Origin: Scenedesmus sp. PABB004
Lineage: Eukaryota
Assembly (NCBI GenBank): GCA_014905635.1
Contig: JABVCE010000036.1
Span: 62,001-126,000 of the forward strand
Length of the DNA: 64,000 bases
Reading direction: 5' to 3'
In this document: positions 47,894-60,549 of the stretch, piece by piece
How the letters are laid out: every line of letters starts with the position of its first letter
Position numbering within the stretch: the first letter of the stretch is position 1
Notes under the pieces: model-generated
Database searches by the model: none
What the model was told of the DNA's origin: nothing
The model's input: the letters and a program-made list of their open reading frames with translations, nothing else
Position numbers and translations under genes: made by a program

Positions 47894-48484
47894 CGCCGGC
47901 GGCGGGGCGGGCGGAAGGGGGGCCGTGTTGCAACCGACGCGGCGTCGTCGGCCTGGGCCCGCCGCCGGCGTGTCAGATGGATCGCGCGGTTGCACCGCCG
48001 GCGCACAGCCCGGACGCACCCCGCGGCGACAGCATGCTGGGGCGGCGGCGCAAACGCAGCGCGACCACGAGCGCGCACGGCGCGCCGCCCCCCTGCCGCT
48101 GCACACCCGCCTCGGTTTTCCCGCCACACACACATGCGCGCGCACACACACAATAACGCCAGCCGCCGTGCGACGCATCCCCGAGCAGCAGCCAGAATGA
48201 TTCCAGCGCCGCCGCCTTGGCCGGCGGCGGCGCAGCAAATGCCGTCGTGCATGTGGGCAGCGGGCGCCCACAGTCTCGGTCGCCCGCTGTGGTCAATGGT
48301 GTCGAGGGCCGCGTGCCGCCTGCGAGCGGGTCCTGCAAGCCGCCGGCGCCGGCGCGGCTCGCTCGCTCGTGTGAGAGCGGCGCACTGTCAAGACCCCCCT
48401 CCCCCAAAAGCCCTCCAATCTTGATCCGTGCTGGCAAAAAAAAACCTGCTGCCGTTGCTGCTGCTGCAGCAACTGCAGCAGCTG

Positions 48485-49705
48485 CTACTGCTGCTGCTGC
48501 TGCAGCTGCCGCGCCTGCTGCAGCTGCTGCTTCGCCTCCCGCGACAGCACGCGCGGGTCGCGGCTGTAGTGGCCCGACGCGCCCGGCTGCTGCTCGCCGT
48601 GCGCGCCGTCCAGCGACCCCGTCGGGCTGCACCCCGGGCTGGCCGCAGGGCTCCGGCGAGGGCGTGCGCCGGCGCCGCCGCGCGCCGCCGGCCGGCCCAG
48701 CTCCTGCTGGACGCGCTCGTCCGCCGCCAGCACGGCGGCCAGGTGCTCGCGGCTGTGCGGGTCCGCCTGGTGCGGGTCGGGCGGGCCGCCGGGCGCCCAG
48801 TCGCTGTCCGCTTCGTGCCGCGCCGCCGCCGCCGCGCGGCCGCCGGCGCCCGCCGGCGGCCAGGGGCTGTGCGGCCCCGCCGGCGCCTGCTGCTGCTGCT
48901 GCTGCTGCGCCTGCGCCTGCGGCGGCGCGTACGCGCCGCGCGCCGGCGCCTGCTGGTGGTGGTGCGCCGCCTGGCCATGGCCGTGGCCGTGCCCGTGGCC
49001 GTGGCCGTGGTGCAGCTGCACGTGGTGCTGCGGGTGCTCGTGGTGCGCCAGCAGGCCGAGCGAGAGCCGCAGCGTCGTGAGCAGCCCCGCGCCCGCCTCC
49101 TTGAGCAGCGGGCGCACGCCGTTGCCCACCACGGGCGTGATCGCCAGCAGCGCGGGCGCGATCAGGAACTCCGGGTGCCGGCTCATCCAGGGCAGCAGCA
49201 TGAGCGTCAGGCTCAGGCTGAGGAGCATGATGATCTGCGGCGACGGCAGCGGCGCCGCGGTCGGCGGCCGCGCGCGCGCCCCCGGCGCCCCGCGCGCCCC
49301 CGGCCAGCAGCTCAGCGCGCGCATCCGGCGGTCTGCTGCGCCCGAGACGCCCCGGCGCACCCGCAGGCTGTCGTCCGGCGCGCCACCGCGCGGCGCCGCG
49401 TGGGCATGCCGCGCCTCCACGTGCCCCGGCAGGCCCTCGCCCGCCGGCCGCGCGTGGACCGCCACGCGCGTCGTGCGCGGGTCGCTGACGCTGGCGGCGG
49501 CCGCCAGGAGCGGCCGCCGCGCCCCGGACGCGGCGAGGCCGCCCCAGCGCCGCGCCGGCAGGGCCCGCAGGCGCGCCGCGGCGGTCACGACCGCCCCGGC
49601 GACGCGTCCGACGCGTGCAGGCCTCGCCCCCGCGCCGGCGAGCGCGGGGGGCGCCGACGCGCTGGTCGGGCCGCAGAGCGCCCGTGCCGCAGGCGGGCCG
49701 GCCAT
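48485..49705 (-). CDS. Hypothetical membrane protein, possibly plastid-targeted, with His/Gln-rich C-terminal region
   Basis: Arg/Ala-rich N-terminus, a hydrophobic hairpin (IIMLLSLSLTLMLLPW...FLIAPALLAITPVVG), then HHEHPQHHVQLHHGHGHGHGHG. One intron is likely. Confidence 0.5.
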   Translation of the reverse strand: MAGPPAARALCGPTSASAPPALAGAGARPARVGRVAGAVVTAAARLRALPARRWGGLAASGARRPLLAAAASVSDPRTTRVAVHARPAGEGLPGHVEARHAHAAPRGGAPDDSLRVRRGVSGAADRRMRALSCWPGARGAPGARARPPTAAPLPSPQIIMLLSLSLTLMLLPWMSRHPEFLIAPALLAITPVVGNGVRPLLKEAGAGLLTTLRLSLGLLAHHEHPQHHVQLHHGHGHGHGHGHGQAAHHHQQAPARGAYAPPQAQAQQQQQQQAPAGPHSPWPPAGAGGRAAAAARHEADSDWAPGGPPDPHQADPHSREHLAAVLAADERVQQELGRPAARGGAGARPRRSPAASPGCSPTGSLDGAHGEQQPGASGHYSRDPRVLSREAKQQLQQARQLQQQQQ

Positions 49706-50210
49706 GCTCGGCCGCTGCCGAGAAAGGCCTAGGCGGGCGGTGTCAAGCGTGCGCGGCGAGAGGGCGTGCGGTGCTGCTGCTCGCGTTTGTTTGGCGTGCC
49801 TGCGGCGAGGTGGCGCCCTCCCTCCGGCTGTCGGGCAGGGGGAGCTCTGGGCGCTGCACGCGCGGCGGCGAGGAGGAGCGGTGTTGCCGAGGCGCACGTT
49901 CGCGGCGCGCCGCCGCGGGCCCCAAACCGCCGCGCCGCCGCCGACGTTCAGCGTTGGGGTGCCGGGCAATGCGAGATGAAGTGCTGATGTGTGCATGTGG
50001 ACGCCCTCTCGTTGGTGCGCCGTAGCGGCGGTCAGCCCGCTCGCGGCCAAGATATGGTGCATCGCGGCCGCCGCGTTCTGTCGGCGCAGTCGGCGCACAC
50101 CCCACTCCGCAACCATCACTGAGCACACTCCAACAACAACGATTGTGTGGGTTGCGCGCCGAAGCCGAGCGCGTTTGTTCGTCGGTCAATGAATGAATGA
50201 ATGTCAGCCG

Positions 50211-51730
50211 TCAGCCGTCGTGCACCTGCGCCGCGATCATGAACGGCACGCGCGCGCGGTTGGGGCACCACGCCGCCAGCGCGTGTGGCGGGAGCAGCTG
50301 CGGCAGCGCGAGCAGCGCGACCGCATCGAGCAGCAGCCAGCAGCCCAGCAGCAGCGACAGCAGCACCAGCCCGTGCACCGCCCACGCGCTCAGCTGGCAC
50401 CCCGTCGCCGCGTCGGCGTCCGCGGCCGCGAGCGCCGCCTTCCACGCGTCCGGGTCGAGGTGGAGGCCCCCGTCGCCGCCGCCCGGCGCGCGCGCGTGCG
50501 CCGCCGGCTGCGCCCCGGGGCTGCTGCCGGCCGCCGCGCCGGCCGCGCCGGCGCCGGCCGGGGCGCCCGCGCCGGCGCTCGCGGCGCTCGCGGCGCTCGC
50601 GGTGCTGCTGCCGCTCGCGCCGCTGCGCTCGGCGCCCGCCGCCGCGAGGCGGCGCCGCTGCGCGGCCTCGACCGCGAAGCTCGCGTACGTGGGCGCCGCG
50701 ACGGCGGCAAAGGTGAGGACCGTCATGTACACGACCAGCCCGCCGCAGCTGGCCGGCCGGCCACGACGGACACAGGCGCACAGGCGCACAGGCGCACAGG
50801 CGCAGGGCAGGGCAGGGCGGGCGGGGCGCGGCGGCAGGTCGGCGCGGCGCGCAGGCCGGCGCGGCGCGCAGGCCGGCGCGGCGCGCGGGCGCGCGGGCGC
50901 GCGGCGCGGCAGAGCGCGGCGCGAGCGCAGGCGGGCGCGTGCGCGCACACACACCTGCTGCAGGTGTCGCGGCGCGGCGCCGGCAGGCCGACGAGCGCGG
51001 CGAGCAGGGCGTCGAGCGCGTCGGCGAGCGCGTCGTGCGCGGCGTGCGCGCTGAGGAAGAGCGCGTTGCTGTAGGCCAGGCGGAAGCCGCTCAGCCCCGC
51101 CCAGCTCTGCACCGCCAGCAGGTACGCAGACAGCGCCGCGGTGCGCGGGAAGGGCTGCGGGCGCGGGAGGGCGCGGCGGCGCGGCGTGAGAGAGCGCGGG
51201 CGCGGCGCGGGCGCGAGAGCGCGCGGCGGCGCGCGGGGCGGCGCGGCGCGGCGCACCTGCTGCAGGCCGAGGCACTCGAACAGGCGCAGCACCGCGCCGC
51301 TCGAGTTGACCATGGACATGAGGTAAGTGTACGCGCCCGTAGCGCCGGTGCCTCGATTGGTGCGCCAGTGCACGGCCTGCTCGCCCTGCATCAGCCACGT
51401 CGCGCGCGCGCGCAGCGAGAGCAGGGCGAGGTGCAGGGCGAACACCAGCCCCGGGCGCAGCGCGGCGTACGTGCGCCGCCGCGCGAGCTTGAGCAGCAGC
51501 ATGCCCGAGCACAGCGCGATCGCGGCCGCAAAGATGGGCTGCAGCTTGGCCGGGTTGTACTTGATGCCCGCGACGAGCATGGTGAGGTAGAAGACATAAA
51601 ACACGGTGTCCAGCGTCGAGTTGGCGCTGCCGACCGCGGCGGCGCTGAGCGCGGCGATGCCGTCGTCGTCGAGGCGCGCCGCGGCGCGCCGCCGCCGCCA
51701 CGCCGCCGCCAGGCCCGCCGTCGTGGGCAT
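50211..51730 (-). CDS. Hypothetical multi-pass membrane protein
   Basis: About three exons with several TM helices (TVFYVFYLTMLVAG, IFAAAIALCSGMLLL, GLVVYMTVLTFAAV, GLVLLSLLLGCWLLL). Confidence 0.6.
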
Positions 51731-52319
51731 GGCGGCCGCACTTTGTTGCTGCGTCACCGGAGGCGCTGCTGAGCACAGGGTGAGGCAGCGCCGCCGGCGG
51801 GCGCCGGCCCGCTGCTCCTGGGCTGCCACGCGCCGCGCCGAGCCCGTCACGTCGGCTGCTGCCGTGTGATGTGCTGCTCAGCGGGGCGCAACCGCCCCAT
51901 GCCAAGCTCGCTGGTCGGCGGCCGCCGCCGGCTGCGCTGCCCGCTGCTCGCCGGCGGCGGACGAGCTGCTGCGCTTCGCCACTGGCCGCTCGGGTGTGGG
52001 CGAGGGGTTCGCGGTTGGGCGTGGGCGCGCAGGTGAGCTTCGGCGGCGGCGTGACGCTCGGCGCAAAGCCGCGCCCGGTGCAGCGCCCAGCGCTCGCCCA
52101 TTCAGAGACGCCCCCTCCCCCCTTCAGACGCCCCCTCCCCCGCGCCGCCGGCGCTCACACGAGCACGAGCAGCGGCAGCAGCGGCAGCGGCAGCGGCAGC
52201 GGCAGCAGCGCGCCGCAGCGGCAGCGGCAGCGGCAGCACCAGCTGCAGCGGCAGCAGCGGCGGCAGCGGCGGCGGCAGCGGCAGCCGCAGCAGCGGCAGC
52301 AGCGGCGGCAGCAGCGCCG

Positions 52320-53111
52320 ATGGCGGCGGCGGCGCCGCCGCCGCGCCCCGCGGCGCCCTCGCCGGTGGTGGTGGGGATCGTGCTGTTCGAGGGCTTTGAG
52401 CCGCTGGACGTCGTGGGCCCGCTCAACCTGTTCGGCGCGGTCGAGGGCATCACCTTTGTGTGGCTCGCCGAGGCGGCTGGCCACGTCAGCAGCGTGACGG
52501 GTGCGCGCGCGCCTGCCGCCGCGCCCGTGCCAGCGGCGGCTGCTGAGCACCGCCGCTGGCATGCGCCCGCGCCGCCTGCGCGGCGCCGCGCAGGCACGAT
52601 GACGGTCGTGGCGAGCCACGCGTTTGCCGACATGATGCCGCAGCCGGGCGCGGCGCCCGGCGCGCGCCCCGCGCTCGACTGGCTGCTCGTCCCCGGCGGC
52701 GTCGGCACGCGGCGCGAGGTGCACAACCCCGCGCCGCTCGGCTTCCTGCGCGCCTGGTGCGCGCCGGGGAGCGGGCTGTCGCTCGCGCTGAGCGTGTGCA
52801 CCGGCTCCGCGCTCCTCGCCGCGGCGGGCGTGCTCGACGGCGTGCGCGCGACGAGCAACAAGTCGGTCTTTGACTGGGTCTCGGGGCTGCGCCCGGGCGT
52901 CGACTGGCAGCGGTCCGCGCGCTGGGTGCGCGACGGGCGCTTCGCGACGAGCAGCGGCGTGAGCGCGGGCATGGACATGGCCGTCGCGGTGCTCAAGGAG
53001 CTGTGCGGCGCCGACGTTGCCGCGGCCGCGGCGGGCTACGCAGAGTACCTCCCCGCGACCGACGCGGCGCGGGACCCCTTTGCGGAGCCGGGCTTCCGCC
53101 CGCCCGTGTGA
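52320..53111 (+). CDS. DJ-1/PfpI (ThiJ) family protein, isonitrile-hydratase-like subgroup
   Basis: VGIVLFEGFEPLDVVGP, LLVPGGVGTR, nucleophile SVCTGSALLA, DGVRATSNK, RWVRDGRFATSSGVSAGMDMA. One intron. Confidence 0.9.
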   Translation: MAAAAPPPRPAAPSPVVVGIVLFEGFEPLDVVGPLNLFGAVEGITFVWLAEAAGHVSSVTGARAPAAAPVPAAAAEHRRWHAPAPPARRRAGTMTVVASHAFADMMPQPGAAPGARPALDWLLVPGGVGTRREVHNPAPLGFLRAWCAPGSGLSLALSVCTGSALLAAAGVLDGVRATSNKSVFDWVSGLRPGVDWQRSARWVRDGRFATSSGVSAGMDMAVAVLKELCGADVAAAAAGYAEYLPATDAARDPFAEPGFRPPV

Positions 53112-53857
53112 GCGCGCGGCGCGGCGCGCGGGGGTGCTGGGGCGGCGGGGCGAGGGCGGCGGCGGCGGCGCGCACCGCGGCTCGGTGGGGTCTCGTGAAG
53201 AACTCGCGGTGACGGCGAGCGTGGCGGCAGCAACGACGCCCAGCCCTGCACCAGGGCCGCGCTCCGCGCTTCAGCGGCGGGCGCCGGCGCGCGGCGCCCG
53301 GCGCGCGGCGGCGGCGGCGGCCAGACCCCCGCTCCCGTCCCCTCTCCGGTGCCGCGGCGCCCGGCCCGCCCCGCCAGCGCTCGCGCGGAGCCCGGCGTCA
53401 GCAGCGCTTCCCGGCGTGTGCAGGTGCGATCGCGCTCCGCAGCCCGGCGCTGCGAGTCGGGGGTTGCACGAGGAGGCGGCTCGGCGCGCCCGGGCGCGGC
53501 CCGGGCCCGCCGTGCGGAGCGCCCACGCGGCATCGAGCCATTTCGCTCCCTGGCGCGCGGGGCGGGCCCTGCGCAGGCCGCCTGGCGCTGCCGCGCATGC
53601 ATGGGGCACGCTGCGTTTAGGTTGGGGCGCCGGGCGGGCGCTGGAGGGCGCAGCGGGCGGGGAGGCCCGCGAACGCCCCCCGCGCCGAGCGGGGGCGCGG
53701 GGCGTCGGGGGCCCCGATCCTCGGCCGCAGGAGGTCAGGCGGGACGAGCCGGGCCAACGGCTGGGCGCGCCGGCAGCCGGCGAGCGCGCGCTCGGCGCGG
53801 GGGCCGAGCCCACCGTCCGGCCCGCCCCCGCCCCCCCTGTGCCCGCAGGCCCGCGCC

Positions 53858-54383
53858 ATGCAGACCTACATGCACGCTGACACGCCTCCCGTGCTGGAGG
53901 TGCGGCGGCGCGGCGGCGGCGCGAGCGCGCGCCGACCGAGGGCGCGCGCGCCGCCGAGCCAACAACCGTTCCCGCGCGGCGCCGCAGGCGCAGCAGGAGG
54001 ACCAGGGCCCCGCCGACGCGGGGCTGCTGCAGCTGCAGGCGGAGCTTGCGCAGCAGCTCGGCGGCGAGGGCGAGGCGGAGGGCGCGGCGGCGACCGCGTG
54101 CGCGAGCGCCGCGCGCCGCGCGCCGTCGTTCGCGTCTGGCTGCGAGGAGGACTGGCACCTCGTGTCGCCGGGCGGGTCGGTGCGGCTGACGCCGCCCGGC
54201 AGCGTGGGCGGGCGCTCGGCGGCGAGCTTTGACCTCGCCGGCGGCGCCGCCAGCGCGTCGCCGCCGTGCTCCGAGGCCGGCTCCACGCCCAAGGCCTGCA
54301 ACATCCTGGGCGGCTCCATGCTGCTCGCCGGCGCGCCGCTCGGCGCCGCCGCGGAGCTGTCGGCCAGCGACGACGAGGCCGAC

Positions 54384-54423
<40 letters not shown>

Positions 54424-55177
54424 ACGCCGCGGCGGCCGCGGGCGACGCGCCCCGCGAGGCGGGGGAGGAGGAGTGCGAGGTGCTGACCGGGCTCGGCATC
54501 CTCGGCGGCGAGCTGGCCAGCCTCGTCGGCGCGGCGCACTCGCGCGCGGCGGTGTCGCTGGAGGGCCTGCGTGAGTGGCTCATGGAGAGCCTCGCCGCGC
54601 TGGTGCAGGTGCGGCGGCGCGCCCGGGCGCGGCCGAAGGGCGCGGCCGAGGGGCGCGGCCGCGGCGCGGGGTCTGCGCGCTGCGGCGCGCCCCCACCGAC
54701 GTGCGCGCCGCGCCGCGCCGCCCGCCCGCAGTCCGGCCGCTCCAGCCACGCCGCGGCGGTCTCCACCGCGCACTCGCTGCAGCGCTCGCTGCAGCTCGCG
54801 TCCAAGCAGGGCGGCCTCGCCGCGGCGGCGGTCGGCGCGGCGGCCGACTGGCGCGTCGTGCTGAGCAGCGCGGCCGCGGTCGTCTGCCTCGCGATGTGGC
54901 TCAAGACGCGCAACGAGTGAGTGCCGCCCCCGCTGCACGCGCCGCTGCCGCCCGCGGCAGCGCAGCGCCGCCGCCGCACGCACGCTGACCGCCGCGTGTG
55001 CTCCCCCCGCCCCGCAGCGCGGCGGCACTGCGCAACATGCTCCGCCGCCGCGACCACGAGCTCAGCAAGCTCGTCATGCGCGTGGTGAGCCTGCAGGAGC
55101 TGCTCAACCAGGGCACGCCGCTGCCCATCACCCGCTACGTGCGCTACGAGACCGGCGCCGCGGCGACCTACATGTGA
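53858..55177 (+). CDS. Hypothetical protein: disordered acidic N-terminus, C-terminal TM helix and short coiled coil
   Basis: Four exons. Motifs EEDWHLV and EEECEVL, TM WRVVLSSAAAVVCLAMWL, then RRRDHELSKLVMRVVSLQELL...PLPITR. Confidence 0.6.
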
Positions 55178-56839
55178 GCCCGCCGGCCCGCCGGCGGCGC
55201 CTCGGCCGGCGTGGGCCGCGCCGGGGCGGCGCGGCGGCCACGGCGGCGGGGGCGGCGCGTCGCGTGCGCATGCGCACGGCAGCCGCGCGACGAGGGGGGC
55301 GCGCCCGCCGCCCGCGCCGGCCCTGGGCCGCCGGGCGCGCGGGGCGCGCGGGACGAGAGCACGACCGCACACCGCCTGCTTCTTCTCTTCCGCGGCTGGC
55401 TGCCAGCTAGCCCCTAGCCCGCCGCCGCGTGGCTTCTGGCGCGCGCGCGCGGCGGGGGCGGCCGTGCCGGGGCGCATTGCCCTACCGGCCGCTCGGCCGG
55501 CTTTGCTTGGACGACTAGACGCCGGCTGCTGCCTGCGCGCCCCAGCGGGGCCGCCGAGGCGGCGGGGCGGGGGTGGGGGCTCGCAGGGCGGGCGAGAGAG
55601 GGGCGGCGCGTGGCGCGCCGCCTGGGCGCGCGCCGCCGTCGCGTGTATGATGATGATGGTGGTGGTGGCGGCCAACAACAACAAGGGGCGGGCCCCTCTG
55701 CGCGCCGCGCGCGCACGTGTGTACAGCGCCCCCCCTGCTCTCCTGGTGTGTGCATGACGGCGATTCGCTTTTGCCTGCTTGACGCCCCGCCTGGAGTGAC
55801 TGACTGACTCTCGCTTTCATGCCCGGGCGGCGGCGACGCGGCCGCGCGCTGCTGCGTCGGCCTGCGCGTGCGCGCGTGATGACGACGCGCGCGCGCGCGC
55901 CGCCGGCAGCGCCTGCCCGCCGCGGGCGCGGCTGTACAACGCAAGCACGCGGTGTATCAACAAGAAACGGGGGCGGTTTGGGGACGAGGGGCCGTTGCTC
56001 TGCTGCTGGCGTTGCTGCCGCACAGTGTTGGCGGGATCGGGTAACACGCCTCGCGCGACGCGCGACGCGCCCCGCCGGCACGTGCAGCCAGCCAGCCAAC
56101 CTGCAGCAGCAGCCGCGGCGGCGGCAACGCGGGGTCAGCTCCAGGGGCCGCCGCCGTGCGCCGCCGGCGCGCGCAGCGCAGCGACACGCGCGCGCGCAGA
56201 GATGCGGGGCTGTCGCGCGCCGCGGCGATGCAGGGCTGTCGCGCGCCGCGGCGGCGGGGCGGCGCGCGGGGCGCCGCGCCCCGGCTGCCGCGGGCGCGCT
56301 CTCGCTGTGGGGCGGGCTATTCGACCGCGGGCGCTCAGTTGGCGCGATCCGCGGCCAAACTTGCCGCCCGGTTTGTGCTGCGCAATCGCCACAGCGGCGG
56401 CCGGCAGCAGCGGCTGCGGGCCGCCGCGCCGGCAGCAGCCCAGCGGCTGCCGCCGGCGCGACGCCTGCATGCCACGCTGCCGGCACGCCACGCCAACTCA
56501 CACGCACACACTGCACGCCAGCCGATCGGCCAGCTGCGCGCGCGACCGGTTGCGCCACGGCGGCTGCACGCCCGCGCGGCAGCGGCAGCGCCGGCGTCGC
56601 AACCCACCTGCGGGCTGCTGGGTGCTGCTCATTCATCGTGTTGTGCGCCTCCGGCAGCGGGTCTGGGGCCGGGGCGTGTATGCGCGGGACGGCTGTTGTT
56701 GCGCCACGCTCGGTTCTTGCAGGCCCCTGCGCCCTGGGCGCCCCGCGCCCTTGCCCACGCGCCCGGCATTCCTGGGAGCCGCCCGCCAGGCCGCGAGGGC
56801 CAGAGGAGGCCGCCCAGCGCTGCGCAGCGGCCCGCCGAG

Positions 56840-59800
56840 ATGGGGCGCGCCGACCCCGACTTCGACATCGACTCGGAGGACACCGACTCCGAGGAGGAGG
56901 CGCCGCGGGTGCGGGGAGGCGCGGCGCGCGCCGATCAGGGACAGGCGGGCGCAGCTGTCGCCGATCCCTTCCAGCGCGCGCCCGCGCGGCCCCGAGGCGC
57001 CGGCCTGGGCCGCCACGCTGCCTGGGCACGCCGCACGTCGGCGCGAGGCGGGCCGGCTCGCGGAGAGCGGCGCGCGGCGCGCGGCGGCGCCGACCGGCGC
57101 GCAACCGCTGCTGCTGCCGCCGCGCCGCGCCGCAGCCGCGCGGCCGCAAGGCGGCGCCCGCCGCGTCGGCCAAGCCCAAGCGCGCGCCCAAGCGGCCGGC
57201 GGGGCTGGTGAACCTCAAGATGCTCATCGACGAGGGCGTGCTCACGCCCGCGGACGACGTGCTGACCGTGGAGTACAAGGGCACCATCACGCACGCGAGC
57301 CTGCAGCACGACGGCCGCATCCGCTGGAAGGGTGCGCGCGAGGGGGGGGGGGGGGGGCGGCCGCGCAGCGCCGCCGGCCGCACGCCGGCCGCCGGCCGCC
57401 CCCCCCCCCCCCCCCCCCCCCCCGCCGCCGACGCGGCGACCCGCCGCCGCGCACCGCCCCGCCGCGCCCTCGCCCCCGGCGGGCGCGCTGCAGACATGTA
57501 CTTTGAGAGCCCCAGCGCGTTCAGCATCTACCTCAAGCGCCTCGTCAACCCCGCGCGCAAGGCGGACGACGGGTGGAAGACGGTCAAGTACGCGGGCAAG
57601 TTCCTGGAGGCGTACAAGATGGAGCTGCTCGTGCGCCGATACGCCGACGACCCCGGTGCGCGCCGCGTGCCGCGGCACAGCGCCGCGCAGCGCGCGGGGC
57701 GGCTGGGCCTCTTGCTCTCTCGCGCGCGCGCACGAGAGAGAGGGAGAGAAGAGAGAGTGAGAGGGGTAGAGAGGCAGAGAGCGCGCGCGCCGCCCCGCCG
57801 CCCCGCCGCCCCGCCGCCAGGCATGGAGGGCATGGCCCCGCCGCTGCCGCCCACCAAGCGGCCGCGCATGGGCGCGGGCGCGGCGGCAGGTGCGCGCGCA
57901 GCACGGCGCGCCGGCGGCGGCGGCAGCAGCGGCTCCGGCGGCGCCGAGCGCAGCGCAGCGGGCTGAGCGGCGCCGCGCCGCCCCCGCGCCGCCCCCGCGC
58001 GCCGCCCCCGCGCCGCCCTCGCGCCCCGCAGCCGCAGCCGGCCCCGGGCCGGGCTACGGCCCCGGCCTGGGCCCCGAGGGCCTGCCGATGCTGCGCCAGC
58101 TCGCGCCGCGCGGCCGCGGCGGCGGCCCGGCGGCGGCGGCCGCGGCGGCGGCGGCCCCGGCATGCTCATGCCGCCGGGGCTGGGCGGCCCGATGCTGGGC
58201 GGGGCGCCGATGCTCGGCGGCGGCATGCTGCCCGGCGGCCCCGGCGGGCGGGGCATGGGCCCCGGCGGGCGCGGGCTCGGCGGCGGCAGCAGCGGCGGCG
58301 GCGCGGGGCCGGGCTCGGGCGGCGGCCCGCTCAAGAGCGACCACACGCCGCGGCCGCCCAACCTGGGCAGCATGCCGCCCGCGGCGCACGACCTCGCGCC
58401 GGGGGAGGGCGAGCTGACCGGCCTCGGGGACGACGAGGAGCTCGCGCCCCCGCCCGGCGCCGCGCCGGCGGGGCGGCACTACGTCAGCGGCACGGAGCTG
58501 GAGGCCCTCGCCGGCGACGCCCCGCCGGCGCCGGCGCCCGCGGCCGCGCCGGCGGGCGCCGGCCCCGGCGCGGGGCACACGCCGCCGCCGCCGGGCGGGT
58601 CGCAGGGCGACGACGATGGCGGCGGCGCCGGCGGCGGCGGCTGCGCGGGCGGCGCCGTCGGCGCGGGCGGGCGGCCGCGGCGGCTGATCCGCGCGCCCGC
58701 GCGGCTCATCAACGCCGCGCTGCGCGCCGACCGCGACGACCACGACATGGTCCGCTGCGAGGCCTACGCCGGCGGCGCAGCCGCCGCCGGCAGCGACGCG
58801 CCCGGCGCGCAGCCCTTCCGCGTGCTCGTGTCGCCGCTGTGAGGCGCCGCGCGCCGCGCGCTGTGCCGCCGCCCGCGCGCTCGCCCCTCCTGACCCCTCC
58901 CTCCCTCCCTCCCTCCCTCCCTCCATCCCTCCCTCCCTCCCTCCCTCGCCCCTCCCCCCCCCCTCCCATTGGGCAGGGCGGAGGTGGCGATGGACTTCCA
59001 CGCCCACCTCGACCGGCACGAGGTCATCGGCCTCCTCGCGGGCAGCTGGGACCCGCTGGCGCGCGTGCTGCGCGTCGAGCGCGCGTTCCCGGTGCGCGAG
59101 GCGGTCGGCGGGGGCGGCGTGAACGACGGCATCAACGTGGAGATGGACCCGGAGGACCAGTTCAAGGCGCGGCAGCAGCGGCCGCGGCGGCGGTGGCGGC
59201 AGGGAGGGCCTGTGGCTGGGTGGGGCCTGGGCCGCGCCGCGCACCCACACCCGCATCACATGCACACGCCCGCAAACGCACACACGCCACGCCCACAAAC
59301 GCATGCTGCGCGCGCCCGCCACACCGCGCGCAGGTCACGGAGGTCATCGGCGACCTGTACGGCCTCAGCGTGGTGGGCTGGTACCACAGCCACCCCTCCT
59401 TCCCCGCGCTGCCGAGCGTGATCGACATCGACAACCAGCTGCAGATGCAGCAGCAGTTCAGGGACGCCGCGAGCGGGCAGGAGCCCTACGTCGCGGGTGC
59501 GCCGCCGCCCGCGCGCCGCGCGCCCCGCGCGTGCCCCGCGCCGCTGCCGCGCACCGCGCGCTGCGCGCGCCCCGCGCGCTCACGCACGCCCGCGCCTCGC
59601 CCGCCGCGCCTCGCCCGCCGCGGCTGTCGCCGCGCAGCCATCGTGAGCCCGTTTGACCGGCGCCTGCCGGGCCTGCAGAGCAGCGTCACCTGGTTCCGCG
59701 TCGAGCAGCAGCAGGCGCCGCCGGGGCCGCCGCCGGGCGGGCAGGCGAGCGTGCTGGACCAGGGCTTCGTGCCGATGGAGCTGTGCGTCAGCCGCCTGCT

Positions 59801-60513
59801 GCGCCGCTCCACGGGCGGCGGGCTGCTGCGGCTGCAGGGCCTGCTGCGCACGACCGCGCTGCGCTACCTGCACAAGCGCTCCGCGACCAACATGGCCACC
59901 GGCTGGCGCACGCCGCCCGCGGTCGGCGCGGACGAGGGCGCGGCGCTCGGGCTGGAGCCCAGCGTGCTCGGCACGCGGCTCGGAAAGCTGCTCGGCAGCG
60001 TGCGCGCGTGGTGGCCCGCGTGCGCCGGCGTGGCGGTCTGCAAGCAGGTGGGGGCGCGGCGCCGCGCCGCGCGGCGGCTCTGGCGCCGCCTGAGCGCCGC
60101 CTGAGCGCTGCCGCCGCCGCCGCTGCTGCCGCGGCGCCTGCGCAGTTCATTGAGGAGCTGAAGCTGGTGCTGGCCGAGGTCGGCCTGGCCAACCCCCGGC
60201 TCACCACGCCCGCGGCGGTCGCGGCCGCGGCCGCGGCCGCGCAGGCCGAGATTGCGGCGGCCGCCGCGGCGCAGGCCGCGGCCGCGGAGGCCGAGGCGCC
60301 GCCGCTGCAGCAGCCGGCGGCGCCGCCGGCCAACCCCATGGCGGCGACGAGCCTCGGGCGGCGGCTGGCGGGCGCGGTGGCCGCGCCCGCGGCGGGCCGC
60401 ACGCCCACGCCGCCGCCCGCCGGCGCCGCGCCCGAGGCGGCGGCGCCGGCGCAGCCCGCGGCCGCGGAGCCCGCGCCGGCGGAGGCGCCGGCGCAGCAAA
60501 AGGAGGAGGAGCA

Positions 60514-60549
<36 letters not shown>

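Noticed and set aside
52170..52315. (CAG/CGG)n tract read as poly-Ala/Gln coding; similar tracts at 6640-6735 and 45531-45579
   Set aside because: These lie in a UTR or intron and are ordinary trinucleotide microsatellites.
55180..56830. Long intergenic region with 500-700 aa ORFs in the track
   Set aside because: Translations are low-complexity with no motifs. Likely UTR and promoter DNA.
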